Shown here one piece after another: positions 10,345-19,862 of a stretch of 55,322 nucleotides of DNA. The DNA comes from Candidatus Amesbacteria bacterium (GTDB lineage: Bacteria; Patescibacteriota; Microgenomatia; CAZETR01; Amesbacteraceae): positions 1 through 55,322 of the forward strand of contig DAHXMV010000006.1 in assembly GCA_027371535.1 (NCBI GenBank), read 5' to 3'. Both the position numbers and the translations under genes were made by a program. Position 1 is the stretch's first letter. Each line of letters opens with the position of its first letter. A model generated the notes under the pieces. The model was not told the origin of the DNA. It saw only the letters and a list, made by a program, of their open reading frames with translations, and did no database searches.

Positions 10345-10911
10345 ATGAAGAAGAAACTGATACTTGCCGGAATAATAATTAGTATAATAGCTGCGGGATG
10401 GATATTAAAAGACAGGTATCTGAAAGTGAGAGTCGCATTGCACAGTAATAAGGCTGGTATATCCATTAAATTTCCCTACGGGTGGCAGATTACCTACCCG
10501 GCAAATACAGACGCCAATCTCTTCCGGATACAGGCGGATGCCAGTTCAAAAGGAGAAATTACCGGTAATATTAAGGAAATTTCAGTGACTCTGAACAAAA
10601 ACAGCGGAGCTGGCCAGTTAATTGCCACCCAAGAGGATTTTGACCGCTATTATATGGTTAAAAATAACGATACGGCCACAGATACCGGAATTATCAAAGT
10701 TCAAAACGAAACGGTGGGCGGAGTTAAAGCAGTCAGACTGGCAGAAATGGATGTTTTTAAAACTTCGTCGGAATACGGTTTTTTCTCGGAAACGGTGTGG
10801 GCCAGAAAAAACAACACCAATTATTATATTAATATGATGGGCAACGGGAGTATAAGCAAAACGGATATCGAAAAATTTGACGAAATTCTGAAGAGCTTTA
10901 AATTTGATTGA
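10345..10911 (+). CDS. Hypothetical exported protein, PsbP-like
   Basis: Signal/TM MKKKLILAGII, GISIKFPYGW motif, ends FDEILKSFKFD. TATAAT at 10332-10337 favours a start at 10345. Confidence 0.7.
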   Translation: MKKKLILAGIIISIIAAGWILKDRYLKVRVALHSNKAGISIKFPYGWQITYPANTDANLFRIQADASSKGEITGNIKEISVTLNKNSGAGQLIATQEDFDRYYMVKNNDTATDTGIIKVQNETVGGVKAVRLAEMDVFKTSSEYGFFSETVWARKNNTNYYINMMGNGSISKTDIEKFDEILKSFKFD

Positions 10912-10917
10912 TTTTTG

Positions 10918-10989
10918 CGCCCCCGGGAGGAATCGGACCTCCATCATCTGTTCCGAAGACAGACACTCTATCCATTGAGCTACGAGGGC
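10918..10989 (-). tRNA. tRNA-Arg(TCG)
   Basis: Reverse complement reads gccctcg-tagctcaatggatagagtg-tctgt-cttcgga-acaga-tgat-ggagg-tccgatt-cctcc-cgggggc-g. Confidence 0.92.
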
Positions 10990-11054
10990 AAACAACATAA
11001 TTTTAACCCAAAATAAGGTAAAATGAATGTGATTTGGTAGGTATTACCAAATAT

Positions 11055-11129
11055 GGTGGGTGTAGCTCAGTTGGTTAGAGCGCCTCGCTGTGGACGAGGA
11101 GGCCGGCGGTTCAAGTCCGCTCACTCACC
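11055..11129 (+). tRNA. tRNA-His(GTG) with encoded G-1
   Basis: g-gtgggtg/cactcac-c acceptor (G-1:C73), anticodon arm cctcg-ctgtgga-cgagg, GGTTCAAGTCC T arm. Confidence 0.96.
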
Positions 11130-11201
11130 CAAGTTTTTCCAGCCTCAAGCAAATATATCAAACAACTGCACCCCAAGACGGGATTAGAAGTATATTGATT
11201 G

Positions 11202-11894
11202 TTATTTAACTCTCTTTGTTACAACCATATCTCTGATTACCATTGTGTCATCCTGCTCTACCATAAACAAAATGATATTTGCGATTTTATCAGTATTCAT
11301 CCACTTTTGATTGTCTCTTAAAGTACCAAATTTTTCGAAAAGCCGGGTTTTCATGCCGCCTGGGTAAAAACCACTAACTTTAATATTACTGCCAGCAAAG
11401 TCATCCTTGAGTGTTTCCGTAAAGCCTCTTAATCCCATTTTGGAAGAGACATAAACTGACTGTTTGGCAACTCCCTTTAAACCGGAAGTGGAAGAAACGT
11501 TTATGATGTGTGCTTCAGGAGAGCTTTTCAGCTTAGGCAATAGGGCTTTAGTGACATAAATTGGACCTTTTAGGTTTACATCTATGACCTTTGATATATC
11601 TTCATACTTGTTCTCGTCTAGCAAACCTTCAAGCCATATGCCTGCATTATTAATTAATACATCAACCCCCCGTATTCCAGAGCAGGCTTTTACAACCTTA
11701 TTAAAATCACTGACATCAGCAGTGTATACGTGAAGCGAATTATTATTTATTTCCTTTTCCATCGCGTTTAACTTTTCCGGGTCTTTGCTTATTACATGCA
11801 CAATCGCTGATTTGGTTAAAAATAGTTTTACCAATGACAATCCTAACCCGTCAGTTCCTCCAGTTATGACAACGTTCTTATTTTTGATGTCCAT
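11202..11894 (-). CDS. Short-chain dehydrogenase/reductase (SDR)
   Basis: TGGTDGLG, NNAG and YVSSK motifs. Confidence 0.93.
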   Translation of the reverse strand: MDIKNKNVVITGGTDGLGLSLVKLFLTKSAIVHVISKDPEKLNAMEKEINNNSLHVYTADVSDFNKVVKACSGIRGVDVLINNAGIWLEGLLDENKYEDISKVIDVNLKGPIYVTKALLPKLKSSPEAHIINVSSTSGLKGVAKQSVYVSSKMGLRGFTETLKDDFAGSNIKVSGFYPGGMKTRLFEKFGTLRDNQKWMNTDKIANIILFMVEQDDTMVIRDMVVTKRVK

Positions 11895-11949
11895 ACTTCG
11901 TTTATTATATCAAAACTTTAATGAGTTCTGACTTGTACCCAAGACGGGA

Positions 11950-12477
11950 TCAGGACTCTTTAACATTTTCATTCATAAATTTCGTAGTTATATACGGCAA
12001 TGCGTCAGTATCGTCTGCTGCTAATCTAATCATGTTTAAATCCGGGCGGTAAAATAGCTCTACCCCATTTACAACCTTTTTTTTCTGAACTTCCACCCTT
12101 AACTTATCAAATTCATATTTATCCAAAACCAAATCAATATCGCCAACCTGAGGCTTGTCCGGGTCCGGTCTTCGTATATATAAATATTTATAGGTAGTTT
12201 CGGGGAAATCTCCCCTTTTATCGTCAATTTTAACCGGCCGGTATAAAAGGTAATATTTCTGATTCCAATTAATATTTATATCGGTCATTTCCTCACGAAG
12301 TTTGGTAAGGAAAGCAAATTCGTCATCAAAATGGGTAAAAATTCCCAAATTGCCGGATGCAGGCAAGTATTTGCCAAAAAATCTATAGCACAGTTTGAAA
12401 CAGGCAAAGTGAACATGCGTAATTGCTTTTATCAACTCTTCATGAGTCCCGATCGGACTAAATCTAAATGACGTCAT
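11950..12477 (-). CDS. Hypothetical protein (175 aa)
   Basis: Overlaps the upstream aldo/keto reductase by 4 bp (ATGA coupling). No family recognised. Confidence 0.7.
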   Translation of the reverse strand: MTSFRFSPIGTHEELIKAITHVHFACFKLCYRFFGKYLPASGNLGIFTHFDDEFAFLTKLREEMTDININWNQKYYLLYRPVKIDDKRGDFPETTYKYLYIRRPDPDKPQVGDIDLVLDKYEFDKLRVEVQKKKVVNGVELFYRPDLNMIRLAADDTDALPYITTKFMNENVKES

Positions 12478-13367
12478 TTTGTTAGTTTAGGCTTTCTGGG
12501 CGGGGAACAGTCACTGAGCAATATTTTAATGGGATAATCCCTGTCCAGTCTTTCCATGTCTTCTTTGCTTAGTTCAAAATCAAAAATTCCGATATCTTCC
12601 AGAATATGTTTTGGGTCAAAGGCTTTAACCAGAGCCGCCACCCCATTTTTTTGAACGAGCCATTTTAAGGCTATCTGGGACTGGCTTTGATGATATTTTT
12701 GAGCCAATTCATCCACAACCACGATTCCGGGTTTTGAAAGCTGTCCAAGCTGTAACGGCCGATATGCCGACAATAATATGTGGTTATGTAAACAATAATC
12801 GTAAACGCCGGAAACCAACGGTTCCCGGATTGCCAAATTAAAATGCATCTCGTTACAGACGATTTTTCCGCCGGTATATTGGTCTATGAATATCAGCTCT
12901 TCCAGCCGGTAATTACTGACACCGATATATTTGGTCAATTTATTATCCAGCAGGTACATTAAACCGTCTGCAACTTCGGAAACGGGAACATCGGGATTAA
13001 CCGCACCTATCATGTATAAATCAAAATAGTCAGTTTGTAGTCTTTCAAGGGATCTTTTAGCTTCGTCAATCAAATCCTGTTTACTTTTGGCGAAATTCTG
13101 ATTAATGGCTTCAGACAAAAACAGACTCTTTCTGGCAAAACTTTTCATGGCCTCCCCTACCAGAATGTGACAATAACCCTCGGCATAATTCTGGGCGGTC
13201 CTAAGCCATCTGAACCCGGAGTTTAAAGCTTTCTCCATGGCCTTTATCTGGCCGGCGTCATCATTTCTCGGATCATGTTTCATCCCCCCGCCAACCATAT
13301 AAGTGCCCAGACCCAATTTGGGAATTGTACCACCCGTTCTTAAATCAATTTCCGGTATTTTACCCAT
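12474..13367 (-). CDS. Aldo/keto reductase
   Basis: IPKLGLGT, SLERLQTDYFDLY, IGVSN and QIALKWL motifs. The usual DTAxxY reads RTAQNY and the conserved His reads G. Confidence 0.88.
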   Translation of the reverse strand: MGKIPEIDLRTGGTIPKLGLGTYMVGGGMKHDPRNDDAGQIKAMEKALNSGFRWLRTAQNYAEGYCHILVGEAMKSFARKSLFLSEAINQNFAKSKQDLIDEAKRSLERLQTDYFDLYMIGAVNPDVPVSEVADGLMYLLDNKLTKYIGVSNYRLEELIFIDQYTGGKIVCNEMHFNLAIREPLVSGVYDYCLHNHILLSAYRPLQLGQLSKPGIVVVDELAQKYHQSQSQIALKWLVQKNGVAALVKAFDPKHILEDIGIFDFELSKEDMERLDRDYPIKILLSDCSPPRKPKLTK

Positions 13368-13515
13368 TTTTTTAATTGTAACATCGAAATACCATAGGGT
13401 TCAAAATGGTAATCCGCCTTTAAAAAGAGTTTCAGTGAATCTCCGGTCTTTGACCCAATAATTACGATTTGGGCTTGAAAATCTCCATAGTACATGATAT
13501 AGAAATATTAAAAAT

Positions 13516-13743
13516 ATGGCGGTTAAACGCGTAAAACCTAAAAAAACCCTGGAAGAAAAACTGGAGGAGGTGCAGTTGGATGCCGCACTGATCCAAAATT
13601 CACGGGCCCAGAAATGGGAAGAAGTCCGCAAACCCTATGAGGATTTTGTCTTCAAGGAGAAAAGAAACGGTTTCGCTTTCGGGTTGGTAATAGGGGCTAT
13701 TTTAACTTTCATCATTTTGCTTTCAATTGCCTCGACACTGTAA
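13516..13743 (+). CDS. Small protein with C-terminal TM helix
   Basis: 75-aa ORF with a charged N-terminus and hydrophobic C-terminus. Confidence 0.65.
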   Translation: MAVKRVKPKKTLEEKLEEVQLDAALIQNSRAQKWEEVRKPYEDFVFKEKRNGFAFGLVIGAILTFIILLSIASTL

Positions 13744-13780
13744 TTTGATAAGGCCGAAGTGATAAAATAGGAACTTGAAC

Positions 13781-15307
13781 ATGAATGACATAGCGGCGAA
13801 TTTTCTATCTACCCTGAGCATGGGTAAAGGCGAAAAGGACAGCAATGAAAATGAAAGCAATGACCCGGTCAGAGTGCTGGCCAAGGCTTATGAAGTTGCC
13901 CGTAATGCCCTGGAATACAGGGCCGACCATCTGGTGAGAAGAGCGGCTATTGAAAGAATTATCAAAAGGCAGATTGTTTTTGAACAGGATACCACCAAAG
14001 TTGCCGAAGCCCTCCTGCAGGAGCTGGAATGGGCGAGATATGTCAGCGGGGCAAAAGAAGAGTCATTGTTGATTGCGGATACAGCTTCGATAATAAGCAA
14101 ATACCGGCATGCGCTGAAAAATTTCGGCGATAATAAGTGGCTTTTGGGGCTGATATCAGCCGAGATCGAGGAAAGGTTAAATCCGACCACGGACTACCAA
14201 AAATTTACTACCTTTGCTTTCAACATAATAAAGTCAAAAATCAGGCTGAACGATATCGATAATCTGGACCTGATTTTATATGTGGTGGTGGATAAGGTTT
14301 TCTCGCAATCCGATAACGAACAGGTTTCTTATCATATTCTGAAGCTGATCCGCGGGCAAACAGAAGATTCCGGGACAGTGACTACGGATAGGCTCCTGGC
14401 GGAGACTTTGAAATATTATAATCTGGCTACGAACAGCCCTACAGCCAACAGACTGGCCGTATTTGTGCGTAAACAAATCGGACCGCTGGTCCTTATCCGG
14501 GATATGTACTTTGCCATTCCGGAGGAATTTGAGAAATTGACGACCGACAGGGATTTATTCAACCAATCGGCGGAAAAAGTTCTGAGGGAACAATTGCACC
14601 GGATGCGCAGCCGCTTAAACCGGGCCACCATCAGGAGCCTGATTTATGTGTTTTTGACCAAAATGCTGTTGATTATCGTGGTGGAAGTCCCGGTAGAAAA
14701 GTTTTTGCGGGGATCCGGAAATATGTTAACGCTATTAATAAATGTGATTTTCCCGGTGGCTTTTATGTGGATACTGACAGCCAGGATCAAACTGCCGGTG
14801 AGAAAAGACCAGGAAACTTTAATCCAGGCCGCCGGGGAAACAATTTTCGGGAACCCGGATGAGGTGCCCGAGGACCAGATACTGGCTACCCTGGACCAGA
14901 AAAGCTCGAAGATCATGCTCTTTATTTATTACCTGTTTTACGGCCTGTTGTTTTTATTAATATTTGCCGGAATAGTGATGCTTTTAACCTGGATCGGTTA
15001 CAGCATTGTGTCCCAGATTATCTTTATCTTCTTTTTATCACTGGTAACCTTTTTTGCTTTCAGAATCAAACAAACAGCCATGGTATATTCTTACCGGCCG
15101 AGGGTAAGATCCAGCTATTCGTTTTCAGAAAACCTGATGCTGCCGATTGTGACCCTGGGAGGAATGCTGTCGCAGGGAGTTTCACGGCTGAATTTTTTGG
15201 TGTTCGTTTTTGATTTTGTCCTCGAGTCGCCGTTTAAAATCATTCTTCACTTTCTGGATAAATGGTTTGCCTTTCTATCGATAAAGAAGGACGAGGTAGT
15301 AGGTTGA
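13781..15307 (+). CDS. Conserved hypothetical membrane protein
   Basis: About 508 aa, with a helical N-domain (YEVARNALEYRADHLVRRAAIERIIKR) and several C-terminal TM helices. Confidence 0.8.
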   Translation: MNDIAANFLSTLSMGKGEKDSNENESNDPVRVLAKAYEVARNALEYRADHLVRRAAIERIIKRQIVFEQDTTKVAEALLQELEWARYVSGAKEESLLIADTASIISKYRHALKNFGDNKWLLGLISAEIEERLNPTTDYQKFTTFAFNIIKSKIRLNDIDNLDLILYVVVDKVFSQSDNEQVSYHILKLIRGQTEDSGTVTTDRLLAETLKYYNLATNSPTANRLAVFVRKQIGPLVLIRDMYFAIPEEFEKLTTDRDLFNQSAEKVLREQLHRMRSRLNRATIRSLIYVFLTKMLLIIVVEVPVEKFLRGSGNMLTLLINVIFPVAFMWILTARIKLPVRKDQETLIQAAGETIFGNPDEVPEDQILATLDQKSSKIMLFIYYLFYGLLFLLIFAGIVMLLTWIGYSIVSQIIFIFFLSLVTFFAFRIKQTAMVYSYRPRVRSSYSFSENLMLPIVTLGGMLSQGVSRLNFLVFVFDFVLESPFKIILHFLDKWFAFLSIKKDEVVG

Positions 15308-16007
15308 AATTTTTCCGGGCAAATTCGTGCAATAAACGGCGGACTTCACGGCTATATGCCGGTTTTTTGAAATTAATCCGACCGGTGGTCCATTGAAAAT
15401 AGTTCTTTTTGGTATGGCGGGGCAGCATCCAGTGCTCAAAATAGAATTTACCGACATTAACCAGACGGGGGGACATGGTATGCCAATCAGAAATGGCCCC
15501 GAGGGCCCACCTGAGCCGGGGAATGGACCATTCTTCCAGCCGGTCCAGATCTTTTAAGATTTTAGTTTCGGTATTCCGGGTCGGCAAAAACTGAAACATG
15601 GAATGTTTTCTGATGGAATATTTGACCTTACGAACGAGCTTTTTATCCAAAGAATGATATTTGGTAAGTTTGCCGAAAACCCGCATGGAACCCAAACCTT
15701 CATAAAACTGATGATAAAGCGCCTTGTGGCCGCTGTTTAATACCCGGCCGGATTTCCAGACATCATGCCAGCAGATTGAAAGCAGCAGCAATTCGTAGTT
15801 AATTTTAGACCAGTTTATTTCCCGGCTTTCATCCATAAATTTACCCAGGTTTTTTAATATGCCCAGGACATGCCTGTCATCGTGCATCTGATCACGGCTT
15901 TTGCGCATGATTTTGAGGCCTTCCAGGCAGGAGTGTTTTACCTCGGGGGAAATCCGAATATTGTGGCCGGTTAAAAATGAATTAAAAGTAAATTTCCCCG
16001 GGTTCAT
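15240..16007 (-). CDS. HD-domain phosphohydrolase
   Basis: H(DDRH)...CWHD...HS...DLDRLE metal-binding pattern. Confidence 0.8.
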   Translation of the reverse strand: MNPGKFTFNSFLTGHNIRISPEVKHSCLEGLKIMRKSRDQMHDDRHVLGILKNLGKFMDESREINWSKINYELLLLSICWHDVWKSGRVLNSGHKALYHQFYEGLGSMRVFGKLTKYHSLDKKLVRKVKYSIRKHSMFQFLPTRNTETKILKDLDRLEEWSIPRLRWALGAISDWHTMSPRLVNVGKFYFEHWMLPRHTKKNYFQWTTGRINFKKPAYSREVRRLLHEFARKNFNLLPRPSLSIERQTIYPESEE

Positions 16008-16022
16008 AAAGGAATGATAGGG

Positions 16023-16418
16023 TTATTTTAACTGATCGGAGGAAGAATTGCTGTCGGGCAAAGCAGCCAGATATTGCCTGTCATACGGGGTAATACAGAT
16101 ATTATCACCCATGGCCAGGGTTTTTCCGGAAGATTTTTTTTCATCAATGAGCGGACTGACAGTTTCCAATACCGTAAAGGCGGGCTGGATATCGCTTTTG
16201 ATTTTAAGGGTTTTGACAAGTCCCAGATAGCGGAATTTGGAACCGGGTTTCAAATAAACAAAATCCATAAGTTCCCAGTGGGGTATGACATCAGGGAGCC
16301 GGTGCATAATTGCCACACTGAGAGTATTTATAGTCTGGCAATACTGGCCCGGATACAAATACTTCGGGTAAATTTTAAGTGACAGGCGGTCCCAAATATT
16401 CGGATGATCACTATTCAT
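16023..16418 (-). CDS. Hypothetical protein
   Basis: ORF fills the gap between flanking genes. ATG at 16418 avoids overlap with the divergent gene. Confidence 0.5.
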   Translation of the reverse strand: MNSDHPNIWDRLSLKIYPKYLYPGQYCQTINTLSVAIMHRLPDVIPHWELMDFVYLKPGSKFRYLGLVKTLKIKSDIQPAFTVLETVSPLIDEKKSSGKTLAMGDNICITPYDRQYLAALPDSNSSSDQLK

Positions 16419-16461
16419 TTGAATATTGCAATTATTCTGGATTGAATATAACATGTTAGAC

Positions 16462-17133
16462 ATGGCTGTGAAAAGAATCAGGACCAAAAAAACGGTTTTA
16501 CCAGAACCAATGGAAGTTACGGAAACACCACCGGAAGTTCAAGAAGCTCCCAAAAAGAAAGTCAGCGGGTGGGTGATTGGAGTTATCCTGGCAGTAATAC
16601 TGGTAGGGTTTTTCTGGTACAAAACAAATTCCTGGCCGATTGTGGCGATGGTAGGCATGAGACCGATTACAAGATTTGAAGTAGATCAGGCTTTATTCAA
16701 GCAGGGAGGTAAGACACAGGTTGAAGATATAATTACGCAGACTTTAATTGAAAACGAACTGAAGAAAAATAATATAAACATCAGCAGCGCGGAAGTTGAA
16801 AGTAAAATAAATGATATAAAAGCCCAGCTGGGAAAAACTACCAAGATTGAGGATGTGCTGGCCCAGAGAGGCATGACCATGGATGACTTTAAAAAACAAC
16901 TGGCTTTGCAGATGGGCATAGAACAATTGTTGAAGAATAAAGTGACAGTAACCGACCAGGAAATTGCAGACTATATTACGCAGAATAAACAGTATATGAG
17001 CTCGGCTACCCCAGAAGCCCAGAAAGCCGAAGCGACACAGGCAGTGCAAATGAACAAGCTGCAGACTGAAGTAAATAACTGGATAACCCAGTTAAGGAAT
17101 GCCAGCAAAATCTGGAGAGCTCCGGGGGTTTAA
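16462..17133 (+). CDS. SurA N-terminal domain / PrsA-like foldase (no parvulin core)
   Basis: TM helix followed by IVAMVGMRPITRFEV...ISSAEVE...VTVTDQEIADY...WITQLRNASKI. Confidence 0.8.
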   Translation: MAVKRIRTKKTVLPEPMEVTETPPEVQEAPKKKVSGWVIGVILAVILVGFFWYKTNSWPIVAMVGMRPITRFEVDQALFKQGGKTQVEDIITQTLIENELKKNNINISSAEVESKINDIKAQLGKTTKIEDVLAQRGMTMDDFKKQLALQMGIEQLLKNKVTVTDQEIADYITQNKQYMSSATPEAQKAEATQAVQMNKLQTEVNNWITQLRNASKIWRAPGV

Positions 17134-19298
17134 GACAATTTCAGAGAGTAACGTTCGCGGGAAGAGCGGAGAATTTTGTCAAGATTCTGATTAGATGATT
17201 TGTGCGGAGGCAGAGTGGTAGCCAGAAACGGCGGCGAAACCGCCCCGTCGATGGTCATTTTGACGGCAATCTGGTGTTTTTGCAGGGAAACCAGATTGGC
17301 GGCGGTAAACGCCCCGCCAAATTCGGCTTCCATGACCCGGGCATCTTCGGAGCCCAGGACAAAACAGACGGTGGTGCCGGCGTTGCCGAAAATGGCCTTT
17401 TGGATGGGTTCGGTAATCTGGGCGATATACTGGTTGGCCAGAATCAGGCCGAGCTTAAATTTGCGGGCCTCGGAAAGAATTTTAATAAAGCTTTCGGTGG
17501 CGAAATTCTGAAACTCATCGACGTAGAGGAAAAATTCACGCCGGGCATCTTTTGGCTGGTCCACCCGGTTCATGGCGGCCAGCTGCAGCTTGGTGATAAA
17601 CATGGCACCCAGAAGAGCCGAATTATCCTCCCCCAATTTACCCTGGGACAGGTTGGCAATTAAGATTTTGCCCTGATTTAGAATCTGATCCAGGTCGATG
17701 GATGAAGCCGAATGGGAAATCAGATTATGAATCAGGGGGGAATTGACGAACTGGCCGACTTTATTCAGGATACTGGAAATCTGCTCCGCGCGGGTCTTTT
17801 CGTCCAATTTATCGTATTCGTTTTTCCAGAAGGAAATCAGCTGATCGTTTTTAATCCGGGAATAAATAGTCTTTCTGAATGCGGAATCGGTGAGCATTTT
17901 AATGACATCGGGCAGGGTGGAGCCGGGAATCTGGGTCAGCGTCAATAAAGTATTGCGCAAAATGTATTCCAGACGGGGGCCCCAGGAATGTCCGTAGAGT
18001 TTATGGAAAATGGCCACGATGCCGGAGGTAACCAGCTCCGACTGGTCGGGATTGGCCACTTCCAGAATATTTAAGGAAATGGGGTGCTCCTTGTCCGCCG
18101 GATTGAAATAAACCACATCGTTGATGCGGTGGGAAGGCACATAATTTAACAAGGCTTCGGCGCTGTCGCCATGGGGATCGATGAAGGCTACTCCCCTGCC
18201 CTTTTTAAAATCGTCGACGGCCATATTTTCCAGCAAGGTGGATTTGCCGGTGCCGGACTTACCCAGGATATACATATGTCGTAAGCGGTCTTCGGTTTTA
18301 ATGCCGAAATTGAGCTGCTGGTTGTGAAAGGTGGTATTGGCAAAGAAGTTGATATCACGGTTGGGATCGGGGGCGTTTTCGGCAGGTTTTGTGTAAACCG
18401 GCAGGTTTTCCGGGGCTTCGGAGAAGGAAGCGGAGACGGACCAGGCAACGTTGGGGATTTTGGTGTAGATGCCGGGAAGATGCCAAAGGGATGATAATTC
18501 CATGACATTTAAGACCGTAGGAGGCACCAGGAGGCTTTTGAAGGGTTTACGGCCCATAATACAACCAAGGAGAGTACTTTTATCCCAGGGAAGGATTTGA
18601 GCAGCCTGGAGGCTGTTGCCGTCGGGGCGGTTTAAAACGGAAATAGCTCCCCGCAAGTCGTAAAGCAGGCGCTGACTGGTGGCGGCAAAGTGAATGCTGA
18701 CACCGACTAACGGGTAGGACAATTTGTCTTCGACGATCTTTTTTTGGGGAATGGGCGGGTCTTTGACCAGATGCCCGGCTTCGTCGTAATGCTGGGTGGG
18801 CTGGATATAGGTATAGGCTTTTCTGACAAGGGATCTGGCAGCCGGGGTCAGCACAAACTGGACCAGGATCCGGTCATCAGGACCGGCTTTACTGAGGACG
18901 CCCATCAAGGGCAGCATGGGGTCGACTTCCTTGTAATCGGCATAATCCCTCAACGGATAAAAAGCGGCAAAGGACTGGCGGATGAGCATGGTATACGGCC
19001 TGAAATTCCAGGTGGCCAGATAATCTTTGATTTCGGACATGACTACGTCGGGATAGGTGGCCAGAAGCTGGGACTGGACAAAGGTGGTCAGGTGGTCGGG
19101 AAAGACGATGGCAAAGACGACCTGGCCGTTGACGATACTCACCTCCAGAGAAATATAAACAGGCTCAATGTGGGATAAACGGCCCAAAAAGTCATCGGCT
19201 TTGGTGATTTTGGCCAGGGAGGCGAGAACCTGGGACATCTGTTCGGGGGTGTTGTCCGATTCACGGGGAACCCTCAATGAAAGGACTTTAAGAGCCAT
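17130..19298 (-). CDS. VirD4/TrwB/HerA-like P-loop ATPase (T4SS DNA-binding domain family)
   Basis: RHMYILGKSGTGKS Walker A, FIDPHGD, LYVDEFQNF Walker B, SEARKF...LANQY. Confidence 0.9.
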   Translation of the reverse strand: MALKVLSLRVPRESDNTPEQMSQVLASLAKITKADDFLGRLSHIEPVYISLEVSIVNGQVVFAIVFPDHLTTFVQSQLLATYPDVVMSEIKDYLATWNFRPYTMLIRQSFAAFYPLRDYADYKEVDPMLPLMGVLSKAGPDDRILVQFVLTPAARSLVRKAYTYIQPTQHYDEAGHLVKDPPIPQKKIVEDKLSYPLVGVSIHFAATSQRLLYDLRGAISVLNRPDGNSLQAAQILPWDKSTLLGCIMGRKPFKSLLVPPTVLNVMELSSLWHLPGIYTKIPNVAWSVSASFSEAPENLPVYTKPAENAPDPNRDINFFANTTFHNQQLNFGIKTEDRLRHMYILGKSGTGKSTLLENMAVDDFKKGRGVAFIDPHGDSAEALLNYVPSHRINDVVYFNPADKEHPISLNILEVANPDQSELVTSGIVAIFHKLYGHSWGPRLEYILRNTLLTLTQIPGSTLPDVIKMLTDSAFRKTIYSRIKNDQLISFWKNEYDKLDEKTRAEQISSILNKVGQFVNSPLIHNLISHSASSIDLDQILNQGKILIANLSQGKLGEDNSALLGAMFITKLQLAAMNRVDQPKDARREFFLYVDEFQNFATESFIKILSEARKFKLGLILANQYIAQITEPIQKAIFGNAGTTVCFVLGSEDARVMEAEFGGAFTAANLVSLQKHQIAVKMTIDGAVSPPFLATTLPPHKSSNQNLDKILRSSRERYSLKLS

Positions 19299-19388
19299 AA
19301 TTCTAGTCTAGCATAAAGTATGGGAAATCTGACGGATCCAAATAATATTTACGGCAGGGTGAAGAGAACAGTAATAAGCCTATAACTA

Positions 19389-19419
19389 TTGACATTAGCC
19401 CTATAGTATGATATACATT
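19389..19419 (+). promoter_or_regulatory. Putative sigma70 promoter for the structured-RNA/ORF unit
   Basis: TTGACA at 19389-19394. Candidate -10 boxes are TATACA (19412) or TACATT (19414); the exact -10 is ambiguous. Confidence 0.5.
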
Positions 19420-19424
19420 ATGCA

Positions 19425-19860
19425 GACTTTAAGTTTAACTTCAAAAGCGAAGATATTAACTTAGTAAGTCTTTCTAGTTTTACTAGCACTAAATCTAGCA
19501 CTTTAAAAACAGAGAGAAAAGAGAGTATTCTATTACCTGAAATTTGCGTGGCGTATCGAGTCCCGCCGGCTACGGCTTTTGTCGTTGTGCTAGGCGACAG
19601 GGGCTTTAAATCAATAAGACCGACGGGATTCAATACGTCACGTAAATTTTGGGAGAGAGTTTTTTAGGGATTATTACAATAACCCATCAGGGTTATTGAT
19701 AAATATTGGTAGAAACGGGGACGCGCTTTTTTTATTACCCAGGAGTTCATGCCGGACGGCAATCTTGGATGTCCTAAAACTTATTTAGGGATTGACTGAA
19801 ATCACCATAGTGATTACAGGACCTAGAAAAAGATTAGGAAATAAAAAACGGAGATAAGAA
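19425..19860 (+). ncRNA. Highly structured 5' leader / candidate ncRNA domain
   Basis: 30-bp stem 19540-19569/19620-19649 (3 G-U, 2 C-A), capped by the G-U-rich hairpin 19575-19604. Further hairpins at 19425-19470, 19677-19698, 19739-19768, 19772-19790 and 19800-19815. Confidence 0.6.
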
Positions 19861-19862
19861 AA

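Noticed and set aside
10618-10998. 126-aa minus-strand ORF (likewise 24091-24303 and the 24103 start)
   Set aside because: These overlap bona fide tRNA genes and are spurious translations.
17130-19298. Conjugative element/ICE implied by the VirD4-like ATPase
   Set aside because: No relaxase, VirB4, mating-pair genes or integrase in the window. Standalone ATPases of this type are common in CPR chromosomes.
19418-19633. 71-aa minus-strand ORF in the leader
   Set aside because: Non-ATG start, no recognisable features, coincides with RNA hairpins that favour the + strand.
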